NCBI RefSeq assembly: GCF_902652985.1
Contig: NC_047019.1
Span: 20,956,001-21,020,000 of the forward strand
DNA: 64,000 nucleotides
Direction: 5' to 3'
Source: Pecten maximus
Lineage: Eukaryota
Under the pieces are notes generated by a model that worked only from the letters and a program-made list of their open reading frames with translations, did not search any database and was not told where the DNA came from. Made by a program: the position numbers and the translations under genes. Shown one piece after another: positions 53,182-64,000 of the stretch; within the stretch, counting starts at the first letter, position 1; each line of letters starts with the position of its first letter.

Positions 53182-55498
53182 ACTGACAGCTGAATTACTC
53201 GACATGTGGTTCTTATTGGCAGTTGGGCAAGACTGGGGTCAACCCTTGTACGCAGCTATATAGACATGGGATCTTCATCCTGGACCAATGACCTATGTTC
53301 TTGATTACTTTTGGCTGTAGTAGAGGTAAGAGTCAACAAATTGACACAAAATCAATTATTGCGGTTAGCTTTATTATGTATAACATACCACATCATCAGA
53401 TGTAGGATGAATGACATGAAAACAAAACACCAAAACATCACATTTATAAAATATCCATTTGTAGAGAAAATCTATTATCACAGTTGTGCTTAAATATTTC
53501 ACATTTCCATTTGGTTTATCAGGTTTTGAGAACTTTCCCCTTACCCCAGAGTGTATGACTACCTGCTTCCAGGAAGTGACCTTTCAGTACATTTGGTCAG
53601 CGTTACTGGCCACACTGTCAGAGGACAATGCGAGTTACCAATCAGCACAGACACAAGCCATTGGGATGGGGTAAACCTTGCCATTTTGGTTACTGATTTA
53701 CTACAACATAACCTGGTAACCGCATTACTGTTTGGATATTTATCATTTTCTCTAGATTTTCTGGAAAAATTAAAGAAAATCTAACTTGTTATTTTTTTTT
53801 ATCCCAGTTCAACAGCTTGAAGACGTTTTTTAAAATTATGTTTTTTATCATCTGGTTGTATTGGAGCAAACCTGCGACTAGTACTTTGCGTTGTCGGATA
53901 TTTTTTTTACACTGTGAAAACATGGAACACACATGGAATATGAACTGTAGATTCTTTGGTTATGCAACAAAACTTAAGCTTACATTCAAATCATCATCAA
54001 AACTTGCCAATACACAGCGAACATTTTCAGATACGATGACTTTTTAAATTAAACAGGCATTCCTTCATTCCGACATCAGAAACATGCACAATCTCTATTG
54101 ATGAAATCTATGTCCGAATAATAATTATATGAGTGTTTGTGCCTACAAGTAATGAAATTAAACCTAAAGTGTACATGAAAAAGACGTATCATACACAAAC
54201 ACTGTATGTCTTTGTGGTAATTAGTGATAGTTTGGGGCCAAATAAGAATGAGAGTAAAACAGCCTTAGAATAGAATTAGATTATAACTTTTACTACTTGG
54301 AAAAAATACATCTTCCAGTAAATTTAATTTCGCCGACATAAACTTATTCAAACAAAGGAATGCCACTTTAAGTTAGGAAAATATATGGATCCCTACTGTG
54401 AAGGGTATGAAAAACCTTGACAAATATCTCTGGTCTGCAGACTCTCAACAGTGAGACACTCCCCATATCTCTCCTCCCCTCATACTGGAGGACAAACTCT
54501 CCAAACATCAATCGTCTCCTATTATTATATTGATTCTTGAATTCATCCCAACTGTAAATAGTGTTGTCTACTTTTACCTTTGTGTTAGAGAGGGGATATA
54601 TTATTTTTTCTCAGACAACATTTGATTGGGAACAAATATCTTTCATAAGCTATGATATAAAAGATACAACACCTTTGTAAATTGGACTTACGAAGGTCTG
54701 AAATATTTTATAAGTTACAAAGCTTTGTGAAATGGTACCTTGGAAGTTACTTGTAATACCTGGTAAATTATCTGAAAGTCTTTTACTGCTGTTTTCATCC
54801 AAACATAATGAATCAGCACTAAGAAAATATCTATAAATACTCACTGTTGTCTTTATTACAAATGCTGTTGCTGAGACCATACAAAGGTAGGTCATTCAAT
54901 ATTATATGTCAAATTAAACTCAAGGTGAAATTTCAATACTTCACCACAATTTGACTTTGGTCTCTTGGACAAAGTGAGCTAATATTATAGAAAACAGATA
55001 TCATCGGCCAGTAAATTTTTCACCAGTATAACATGTATGGAGATGAAATAAGTTTTTATAAAACTATGATCTGCAAGATTTATAACATCCATGAGTAAAA
55101 CTGCAGAGTGCTTAAAAATTCTATCATTCATATAAAAAATATTTTAAATAATCATAAAAATGAAATAAGTGAACACATCACAAATATAACATACACAGGT
55201 ATATGTCTCACAAGTCTGGGATAATGTTATAAATTCTGCTATTCTGAACAGTATGTTTGCTGGGTTTATCGACCCGTGATCAACCAGGGTCATTTTGAGG
55301 TGGGGTCTTGTGCCTTGTTGCTTGTGTCTACCTCGCTGAAAAAAATGGATAGCCTGTTGTATGCCATCCTGGGAAATTTGGGTAAAATAGTTTGTACCAG
55401 GACACAACCACACTTTAACTGCTATCTGTGATCTCAGCTTCCGGAGAAACAAAAGCCGTCCTAAGTAGGGAACGAATCACACACCGGAGGCCTATTAC
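53062..55498 (+). repeat. Tandem segmental duplication B, copy 2
   Basis: SNPs, a ~40-bp deletion near 54250 and a 9-bp insertion near 55352 relative to copy 1. Confidence 0.95.
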
Positions 55499-56368
55499 CT
55501 CGGTAGTCTGATGTTCTGACAATAAGTCCACAGCCAAACTTACAGGAAATACAATAGGTTGTATAGTAATATCACAGCTCTTGGAAACTACTCATCCATG
55601 CATCAAATAAATGGCTGGAAAATCATCTTGAAGTTCCAGCAACATTCATGAATTTTTTTAAATGATATGTAAAGGGGTATATTGGGTTAATTTTTTGTTT
55701 GAAAAGATTTAAATATACCGTTTTGTTAGTAAATATTAAAGTTGTATTACTTTACACAGACACCTCACATTAACTGTTTGTAAGTGGCCGTTAGAATACA
55801 GTTAATGAGTACATCAGATCTGACCATACAATGCAATGGACTTGTTTCAAATCAAAACACAGTATAAGGTAATATAATATTTGAGTGGTCACCGAGTGAT
55901 ACACACACAGTTCTGATATACTCAAGATAAATAGTCAAGGTCATTTAGTTAAGGCCAGTTCAATGTCATTTCTTATAAAGAAATCAAGCTCAAGGTCAAA
56001 GAGAGGTCATGTTCGCTCTTGTCAACGAAGTGATTGGAATGTTTCAATAATCCTCACACTAGAAATGAGACTATTCCAAAAACTTTGTCAAAGAATTTTC
56101 TTTAAAAAATCCTTTCCTTTACAAAAAAAATGATCATTATCAATAAGCATATTTCTTTTGTGACAGTTACAAAGTTGTCGTTTAAAGGAAGAGAAGAAGA
56201 ATTCATTTAAATCTGAAACGATAATCCTTAAACAAAAATACTAAAACTTGCACAGAAGAAAGTTTGAGTTAATGTTTATATTTTGATATGTATGTAATTT
56301 CTCTCTCACTAGTAATCAGTCATTAGCACTATCTATATCTGACCAGTTGGCAGTAGGACGAAAGTGAT

Positions 56369-56562
56369 TCAAGATGAACAGGCAGCTATTTCCAAGGCAC
56401 TCTTTACAGTATCATCACTGTCAGGAATATCCTTTGATCTGAGGAGGTCTAATGCCATGACTGCTAACTCCAGTACCTCTGGGGTCGTCTTTGGGTCATT
56501 TTTAATGTCCTCCATTATAGGAAGTCCGCCTTCCATCTTCAACATTTGGCAGTACACATTTC
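56369..56562 (-). CDS. ZER1: ZER1/ZYG11-family protein, terminal coding exon (GNVYCQMLKMEGGLPIMEDIKNDPKTTPEVLELAVMALDLL...stop)
   Basis: tttacag acceptor, phase 1, TGA at 56371-56369; matches the family C-terminal YC..L..EGG motif. Confidence 0.9.
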
Positions 56563-56727
56563 CTGTAAATATTATCACAAAGACTGATATACTTGTCTAG
56601 AGCAAAACAAGAGTAAACAAACCCCCGGGGGACCAAGGAAGTTTTCCAGTGTGAAACAAGGTAACAAAATCTCCAGGGGCTCAAAAATACTAGTTCTATA
56701 CACTAGTGAAACATATTCTTATATAGT

Positions 56728-58610
56728 AACAAGAGGCCCATGGGCCTTAACGGTCATCTGACAAACACTTACACTTACAGCAGGGACACACACCCCAATC
56801 CAGCATTATTACCATAAATTATTTATTGCAGCCAGTTATGTTTCAGATCAAATTTGGTTTTTTATCCATTTAGCTTGTCCAGGAAGAGCAGCATCATAAA
56901 GCAAAATTTTAGCCAAGTTCCCATTTTTGGGGCATGCCCCTCTGTCCCAATGGGTCAGACAAGACTCAATTATATCAATTAGGATTGCCTTTCCCCAATG
57001 ATGTTTCATACTAAATATAGTTGTAATCAATTAAGGCATTAAGGAGGAATTGCATTTTAAAGAAATGTTTAACCTAAGCGCTCCTTTTGCCCCATCTTTT
57101 TTTCCCCAGGGGTCAAACCTGTCTCATTAAAAAATATGATTGCCGTCACCTTATGTTTCACATCAAATTAGGTTGTAATGCACCAAAAGGTTAGGGAGGA
57201 TTAGGATTTAACAGCAAATATTCACCAAAGTTCCCATTTTGGGGCCCTGCCCCTCAGGCCCCAGGGGTCACACTAGCCTCGTTTATATAAAATATGACCA
57301 CCCTTCCCAAAGGATGTTTCACACCATATTTCGTATTAATCCACCCAAGGGTTAGAGAGAAGTAGATTTATAGCAAAAATTCACCAAAGTTCCCCTTTTG
57401 GGGCCCCGCCCCTCTGGCCCTAGGGGTCAAACCAGCCTCATTTATATAAAATATGATTGTCCTCCTCCAATGATGTTTCACACCAAATTTGGTAATAATT
57501 CACTATGGGTGTTAGGAGGAATAGGATTTTATAGCAAAATTTCATCAAAGTTCCCCTTTTGGGGCCCTGCCCCTCTGGCCCCAGGGGCCACACCAGCCTC
57601 ATTTATATAAAATATGACCACCCTCCACCAATGATGTTTCACACAATATCTGGTTGAAATCCACCAAAAGGGTTAAGGACGAGTAGGATTTTATAGCAAA
57701 ATTTCATCAAAGTTCCCTTTTTTGGGCCCGTCACTCTGGCCCCAGGGCTCACACCAGCCTCATTTATATAAAATATGACCACCCTCCCCCAATGATGTTT
57801 CACAACATATCTGGTTGAAATCTACTAAAGGGTTAAGGAGGAGTAGGATTTTATAGCAAAATTTCATCAAAGTTCCCCATTTGGGGCCCCGCCCCTCAGG
57901 CCCCAGGGGTCACACCAACTTCATTTATATAAAATATGACCGCCCTCCCCAAATGATGTTTCACAACATATCTGGTTGAAATCCACTGAAGGGTTAAGGA
58001 GGAGTAGGATTTTATAGCAAAATTTCATCAAAGTTCCCCTTTTGGGGCCCCGCCCCTCAGGCCCTAGTGGTCACACCAGCCTCATTGATATAAAATATGA
58101 CCGCCCTCCCCAAATGATGTTTCACAACATATCTGGTTGAAATCCACTAAAGGGTTAAGGAGGAGTAGGATTTTATAGCAAAATTTCATCAAAGTTCCCC
58201 TTTTGGGGCCCCGCCCCTCAGGCCCCAGGGGTCACACCAACTTCATTTATATAAAATATGACCGCCCTCCCCCAATGATGTTTCACACCAAATTTAGTTG
58301 TAATCCACCCAAGGGTAAAGGAGGAGTAGGATTTTATAGCAATATTCACCTAAGTTCCCTTTTTGGGGCCCCGCCCTTCTGGCCCCAGGGGTCAGACCAG
58401 CCTCATTTATATAAAATATGATTGCCCTCCCCCAATGATGCTTCAAACCAAATTTGGAAGTAATCCACCCAAGGGTTAAGGAGGAGTAGCGTTTTGAAAG
58501 AAAAAGTTTACGGACGGCGCACGGCGCACGGCGCACGGCGGACGGCGGACGACGACGGACGAAGCACGATGACTATAGGTCATCCTGACCCTTTGGGTCA
58601 GATGACCTAA
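56728..58610 (-). mobile_element. Full-length HINE (non-autonomous Helentron) with an internal ~161-bp tandem array, in the last ZER1-like intron
   Basis: Left end aacaag-aggcccatgggcct palindrome plus ggtcatctga; right end GACG/GGCGCAC microsatellite and hairpin aggtcatcctgaccc-ttt-gggtcagatgacct; subterminal IR GGTCATCTGA/TCAGATGACC; core period 160-162. Confidence 0.88.
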
Positions 58611-58923
58611 CAAATCTATCAATTCTTTGAAGAGACTGGTCTAAAACATTCAACGGTCCAGCACTTTGCTGGGCCTTCGCTATTTTTGCAGAATAACCTT
58701 TTGTGGAATAACCAGTCAAGTAATATTATCATTTCATCACTAAGGCTCATAGTCTGGACAAATAAAGGTGGGACATGCTGAGAGATCAAGGTCACTGGGT
58801 CTGGTTAGTTAGTGGTGTTAAGTTATTTTATTTCAGCCTGTGATTTATGACAGGACAAGGGAGATAACTACCTTTCGACTTGATGAGGTTACAGATACAC
58901 CAGATAGCAAGGGAGATAACTAC

Positions 58924-59021
58924 CTTTGGACTTGATGAGGTTACAGATACACCAGATGGCCAGTAGCTGGGCCTCTGGGGTGTGACTTTTCTGGGCCATC
59001 TCGAGAAATGGTAACAGGGAC
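58924..59021 (-). CDS. ZER1: ZER1/ZYG11-family exon (R-SLLPFLEMAQKSHTPEAQLLAIWCICNLIKSK-G)
   Basis: cacag|G...AAAG|gtagtt, 98 nt, phase 2 to 1; corresponds to the family YRSF..I..L...Q.WA.WA..NL segment. Confidence 0.9.
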
Positions 59022-59216
59022 CTGTGACATAATAAACATCAAATATTTCAACTTCTTCTCTGGTTGGACTCAATGAAATTATATATGCTAAATGTTGTTT
59101 GATTTGCCCATGAAATCAACCAGATTAACTTTGCCTGGGCATATGAATTTGTGCCAATCTTCACACCATCAATCTCAGCATTATTAAATTTTGAAAGCTG
59201 CAGAGTAAAAAATTAC

Positions 59217-59405
59217 CTGTACAAGGTTTTCATGCTGTTGGACATATTCCAGCGGCGAACAGCAGCAGAAATCTTGGACAGGACAGAAGACCGGTCAAGA
59301 CTTTCCAGGATCCAGGCCTCGGGACCATCACTGACCAGGTTAGCCATTACACAAGTTGCCTGGTAACTAAGAGCTTCTTCCATTACCTGAGATTCTGTCA
59401 AGTCA
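59217..59405 (-). CDS. ZER1: ZER1/ZYG11-family exon (DLTESQVMEEALSYQATCVMANLVSDGPEAW...WNMSNSMKTLYR)
   Basis: cctcag|T...TACAG|gtaatt, 189 nt, phase 2 to 2; SY.A..V...DGPEAW motif as in ZER1. Confidence 0.92.
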
Positions 59406-59687
59406 CTGAGGCAAGAGAATGGAATAAATATCAAAATTTGTTTTATTACAGAGATAAGATTACTGGGAACTACACTGAAGCCTACTGTGTTAAGGCCATA
59501 TGATACACAACCTTACCTTATAAAACAGTTTAATTTCGTAGGGCGAATCATTTGTGACTTTCCTGGATGAAACTAGTTAACAGGATTAATTTGATGCAAA
59601 CCACCTCGTCAAAATGTAACAGTAAACAGTTCATGTATATTCTTACATTTATACATGTATAGAGATTTTAATCTGCAGCATAAATAT

Positions 59688-60197
59688 CATCTTCGCTAGC
59701 CTATGTTTCTGATTACATTACACTCAAAGAACCCTTGGCAGATAAAGTCGTCAGTTCTGGTCCTCTAGCAGAGATTCGAAATTACCACCCTTTACGTTAG
59801 CCGAATGCCCTTTACGCATGAAATTTTTGACCAATCAAACGAGCGTTACCAATGTACTTAAACGGTAATGTTTACAAACACACATGGAGGCTTGTGTCAT
59901 TTTGATGATATATGTGATCATTAGCTTCTATCAATTGATCAAACACTGTGAATGTTTCCCCAAAGATTGTACGTCTCTGTTTTTAGGTAAAGTGCCATGA
60001 CATAGTTGTCAAGATAGCTCTGTACTCGGCGCCGCAATTTTTGTTTACTGCGAAGCCAAGCCTGAATGTAAAATGTGATTTAACTGGATGCCTTGGGATT
60101 CCAGGTCACGACGCTTTAAACACAACTAGGCCTATATCTGTCAAGGTTTCATGGAGTGTACCAAAATTAGATTGAGAAGCCTTGGCTAGCAAAGATG
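59688..60197. mobile_element. 510-bp MITE with 14-bp TIRs and a perfect 9-bp TSD
   Basis: CATAAATAT | CATCTTCGCTAGCC ... GGCTAGCAAAGATG | CATAAATAT (one TIR mismatch). Confidence 0.88.
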
Positions 60198-60286
60198 CAT
60201 AAATATTAGCTGGGTATTTTTGCACTTTCTTTAATGATCTGAAATATAGCAAAATTTACCACTTATGTATAAGTAATGGATTCTAC

Positions 60287-60357
60287 CTTATAATCACAAG
60301 GAGCTCCTCATTCTCCAGTAACTCCTTTCTGAGCTCGGCCACCTCCGACACATTGGC
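60287..60357 (-). CDS. ZER1: ZER1/ZYG11-family exon (ANVSEVAELRKELLENEELLVII-S)
   Basis: gatag|GCC...ATAAG|gtagaa, 71 nt, phase 0 to 2; matches GNVAEVKELR; not in the ORF track. Confidence 0.9.
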
Positions 60358-60670
60358 CTATCAATAAACCAAAATATGTACTTTAGGTTCGGTAGTCAAT
60401 AGAATTATTTATAGTAAACATAATAATATATATATAGTCAAACATTCCTTGTAAGACCAATACTATTCAAATTCCTCAGTCGATTTAGACAAATTTAACT
60501 TTCACAAAACATACTGCATTCAATAAAAGATCCAGCAATTGAAAAAGATCAGTTCCAGTTATTTTTAACCCAGGTACTTATTTATTCTGTGATAAGCCTA
60601 GGTGTTCAACATCTACTTAGACTCTAAGGTGAAACAACATTCCTAAGAAAGTTCACTGAGCTGCAATATA

Positions 60671-61001
60671 CATGGGTGGGCTTATTACCAGACATGGGCT
60701 TATTACCAGACATGGGCTTATTACCAGACATGGGCTTATTACCAGACATGGGCTCATTACCAGACATGGGCTCATTACCAGACATGGGCTCATTACCAGA
60801 CATGCGCTCATTACCAGACATGCGCTCATTACCAGACATGGGCTTATTACCAGACATGGGCTTATAACTAGACATGGGCTCATTACCAGACATGGGCTCA
60901 TTACCAGACATGCGCTCATTACCAGACATGGGCTTATTACCAGACATGGGCTTATTACCAGACATGGGCTTATTACCAGACATGGGCTTATTACTGGACA
61001 T
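60671..61001 (+). repeat. 18-bp intronic minisatellite (catgggct(t/c)attaccaga)
   Basis: Visible directly, ~18 units. Confidence 0.95.
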
Positions 61002-61253
61002 AAATATCCCTGCATTACTTTAAATTCCTCACTTATAACTAGTAATACTGGCTGTTTCACCGATTGGGGATAATAATATCAGCTTTGGATTAAATGATTC
61101 TTAGTAACCAGCTGCATGGATGGATGAACCACTCTGCCAACATTGTAGAGCAGAAGATAACTAACCTTGACCTGAAGTCCAAGGTCAAGGGTTATCAACC
61201 CTGCCTGATTTAGATAGGACGTATGAAACAATCAGGAAATTTGTATTTCTTAC

Positions 61254-61301
61254 CATGACGCCAAGCAGACCTCGCACAAATGAATCCCCATACTTTTTAG
61301 C
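61254..61301 (-). CDS. ZER1: ZER1/ZYG11-family exon (AKKYGDSFVRGLLGVM)
   Basis: ttttctag|GCT...ATG|gtaaga, 48 nt, phase 0 to 0; aligns to the ...RNMLGLL segment preceding GNVAEV. Confidence 0.85.
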
Positions 61302-61678
61302 CTAGAAAAAAAGCAAATAAGCAGAAAATAAAAATACAATGGAATGCTGCAATTATTTGACCTACAAAAGCCTGCCATGTCCCCTGCACAATAGGTTCAC
61401 CAATTTTTATGAAATGCATATCTGAGTGTAATCTGTATGACGAACATGTGGTGCCCTACTCTACGTATGTTCAGTATTTCCTCTGCGACACACTTAACTG
61501 GCTTGTGATACAGGAAACTGGTATGTGACTATTTACCATGTCACTACAAAACAAAACCCCTAATATACCAAATACAGTAAACCCTACCATGTCAAATACA
61601 GTGGTTATGACTACACAGTGTGATACAGTAGGCTGACACACAACCAACACAAAATCGATGTACAAACAAGGGTCTGAC

Positions 61679-61752
61679 CTTCATGCACTCCAGATACAGC
61701 TCAAGGGCATCTGGTACAGCCAGTAATCTCATACAGTTGGAAGGCACTTCAT
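61679..61752 (-). CDS. ZER1: ZER1/ZYG11-family exon (D-EVPSNCMRLLAVPDALELYLECMK)
   Basis: ccacag|AT...AAG|gtcaga, 74 nt, phase 1 to 0; matches TDETPDNC...LFLDCLK. Confidence 0.9.
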
Positions 61753-61881
61753 CTGTGGAGGAAATATAGCCATGAAGATTGATGTGATAAATATCAAAAT
61801 TAGACCATAAAAGGTCTGGACATGTATCGACTGCTTCTATGAAACAATGCATCCCATACAGAAGGGACCCATTAACCTTGC

Positions 61882-62228
61882 CCACAGAGGCACTGCCATG
61901 CTAAGTGTCTCACCTGTCAGTCCCTAGAGGCACTGCCTTGCTATGTATCTCACCTGTCAGTGCCCAGATGCACTGCCATGCTAAGTGTCTCACCTGTGAG
62001 TCCCCAGAGGCACTGCCATGCTAAGTGTCTCACCTGTGAGTCCCCAGAGGCACTGCACTGCTAAGTATCTCACCTGTGAGTACCCAGAGGCACTGCCATG
62101 CTATGTATCTCACCTGTGAGTCCCCAGATGCACTGCCATGCTAAGTGTCTCACCTGTCAGTCCCCAGAGGCACTGCTATGCTATGTGTCTCACCTGTCAG
62201 TCCCCAGAGGCACTGCCATGCTAAGTGT
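61882..62228 (-). repeat. 40-bp minisatellite made of a ZER1-like exon 3' end plus its splice donor (~8.5 units)
   Basis: Minus-strand unit CACTTAGCATGGCAGTGCCTCTGGGGACTGACAG|GTGAGA; cacctg at 61911, 61951, ... 62191. Confidence 0.95.
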
Positions 62229-62269
62229 GTACAGCTACTTGTTTTCCTCCTGGCCACTGACAGAAGGAA
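62194..62269 (-). CDS. ZER1: ZER1/ZYG11-family exon (FLLSVARRKTSSCTHLAWQCLWGLT-D)
   Basis: tttacag|TTC...ACAG|gtgaga, 76 nt, phase 0 to 1; corresponds to WSALWNITD. Confidence 0.88.
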
Positions 62270-62514
62270 CTGTAAATAAACATCACAATCTCTAAATATT
62301 GATAACTTACCATTTTTACAAAACAAATTAACTTCATATAAGAATTGTTGAAAATTTAATATTTCTTACAGAACCAAATACCTAATTGCATACATATCGG
62401 TATAGGAATGTGGAAAATCTAGTAAACTATTACAGAAAAAAACAACTTACAAACTTACGAAAAATTAACAACTTTAACAGGACCATGAGAGCTTCACATT
62501 GTCCTGTTCATTAC

Positions 62515-62694
62515 CTTTATGAATCCCTCCTGTCCTAAAAAGTCCCTAGACTCGTAGTCACCGTAATAAATGGCTATCCTCATCAGATGGATGGCATATG
62601 TCTCAAACGTAGGGTTGACATTGGTAGGCTTCTCAGACTTACAGAATTTGTCCATTACACACTTCATGTACCGTTTCATACTGTAGCAGTATTT
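62515..62694 (-). CDS. ZER1: ZER1/ZYG11-family exon (KYCYSMKRYM...YAIHLMRIAIYYGDYESRDFLGQEGFIK); upstream exons not identified, probably beyond the window
   Basis: ctccag|AAA...AAG|gtaatg, 180 nt, phase 0 to 0; AIHL...G..GF matches AVHL...GKMGFV. Confidence 0.85.
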
Positions 62695-63177
62695 CTGGAG
62701 AATCAATCACATTTTAATCAACATTTTGTGGGGGCTGGTCAGCGTAGTAAGCTTACTTTTCACTAGAGTTGGTGGGGAACTATTAACCAATGGGACGTGA
62801 AAAGGTCAGGGGTCACCTACCTGTCTATGTAGGTTTTATCTTTATGTTTCTTTCCACATTAAAGCCCTCTTTATGGTTCCATCAATATCATTAATAATTA
62901 TGTTGAAAACAGGTAGATGTTGTAATTTTGTAATTGTCATTCAATCAATAAAGTGTAATCTCTTATTTCCTCATATTTACATTAGTTGTCATGAAATTCC
63001 ATTATAAGTGATTGTGAAACATAGCAGTATCATATAAGTAACTGAATTTTTTTTTTAATTCTGGTTACTATGGAAAGACCTAATATTCGAAATATTAAAT
63101 GATGATACAAACAGAAAAGTGTACACAGTAAAATGTAAATTACATATACTAAATATGAGATGACAAAAATTATATCA

Positions 63178-63670
63178 ATCTGTCATATCTAGTCATAAAA
63201 TTTCATACCTGGCAACGAAATGTCATATCTAGACATAAAATGTCATACCTGGTAATGAAATGTCATATCTAGTCATAAAATGTCATATCTGACAATGAAA
63301 TGTCATATCTAGTCATAAAATGTCATACATGGCAACGGAATGTCATATTTAGTCATAAAATGTCATACATGGCAACGGAATGTCATATCTAGTCATAAAA
63401 TGTCATACATGGCAACGAAATGTCATATCTAGTCATAAAATGTCATACCTGGTAACGAAATGTCATACCTGGTAATGAAATGTCATACCCAGACATAAAA
63501 TGTCATACCTGGCAACGAAATGTCATATCTAGACATAAAATGTCATATCTGACAATGAAATGTCATATTTAGTCATAAAATGTCATACATGGCAACGGAA
63601 TGTCATATTTAGTCATAAAATGTCATACCTGGCAACGAAATTTCATATCTAGTCATAAAATGTCACATCT
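63178..63670 (+). repeat. 20-bp minisatellite with two alternating variants (tgtcatatctagtcataaaa / tgtcatacctggcaacgaaa), giving a 40-bp higher-order unit
   Basis: Visible directly. Confidence 0.95.
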
Positions 63671-64000
63671 GCTCATTAGGGATGTCACGGTTCAGGATTT
63701 TTTTGGTTCAGTTCCGTAATCATTTTTGTAGTCAGTTTACGTTTATTTAGGTTCATTTTGGGAAACTTTATAATCTATGTATTTTATATCTTATACACAA
63801 TCGATCACAAGAAGAATAATTACACAAACTTAATTATGTAAAAAAAATACATATCAATTGTCTATTAGTCCTCTTCATAAGGTAATATTTCAATTTCTAC
63901 TTGAGTTGGACTCAATGAAACTACGAAATTTAATCTGTTTCATTTGTCCATGAATATGACCAGAATAACATGATTCTAAGCATATGAAAAAACTACAATG

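Noticed and set aside
60624-61073. PMSGNK-repeat ORFs, or a cassette exon ending at CTG|GTAATA
   Set aside because: An 18-bp intronic array open on both strands; the flanking ZER1-like exons join directly (GVM|ANVSEV) with no room for an insert, and the donor is weak
63178-63670. Another donor-echo array (CCAG|GTATGA on the minus strand)
   Set aside because: No exon-like or ZER1-homologous sequence at its upstream edge, which instead resembles a MITE end (tagggatgtcacggtt)

Overview
This is AT-rich animal genomic DNA, not prokaryotic. Its repeat families (V-domain SINE, Helentron/HINE-type elements with GACG microsatellites) point to a bivalve mollusc; that assignment is an inference. Two protein-coding genes are supportable, both on the minus strand: (i) a ~729-aa, largely disordered, unassigned protein in one large coding exon (543-2732); (ii) the last eight coding exons (56369-62694) of a divergent ZER1/ZYG11-family CRL2 substrate receptor, reconstructed by hand with GT-AG sites and consistent phases. 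The rest is intron/intergenic DNA with about a dozen micro/minisatellite arrays, two ~2.5-4 kb tandem duplications (possibly uncollapsed haplotypes), two N gaps, garbled low-quality sequence at ~29.6-32.1 kb, SINEs, HINEs and a MITE with a 9-bp TSD. Most notable: (1) tandem repeats built from an exon 3' end plus its 5' splice donor, at two verified ZER1-like exons and one candidate exon, creating runs of decoy donors; (2) a 160-bp LTR carrying a tRNA-Thr-derived Pol III promoter behind a polypurine tract (Helenus-type TRIM). Most ORFs in the supplied track are repeat-derived or spurious. All family assignments rest on recalled motifs; no searches were run.
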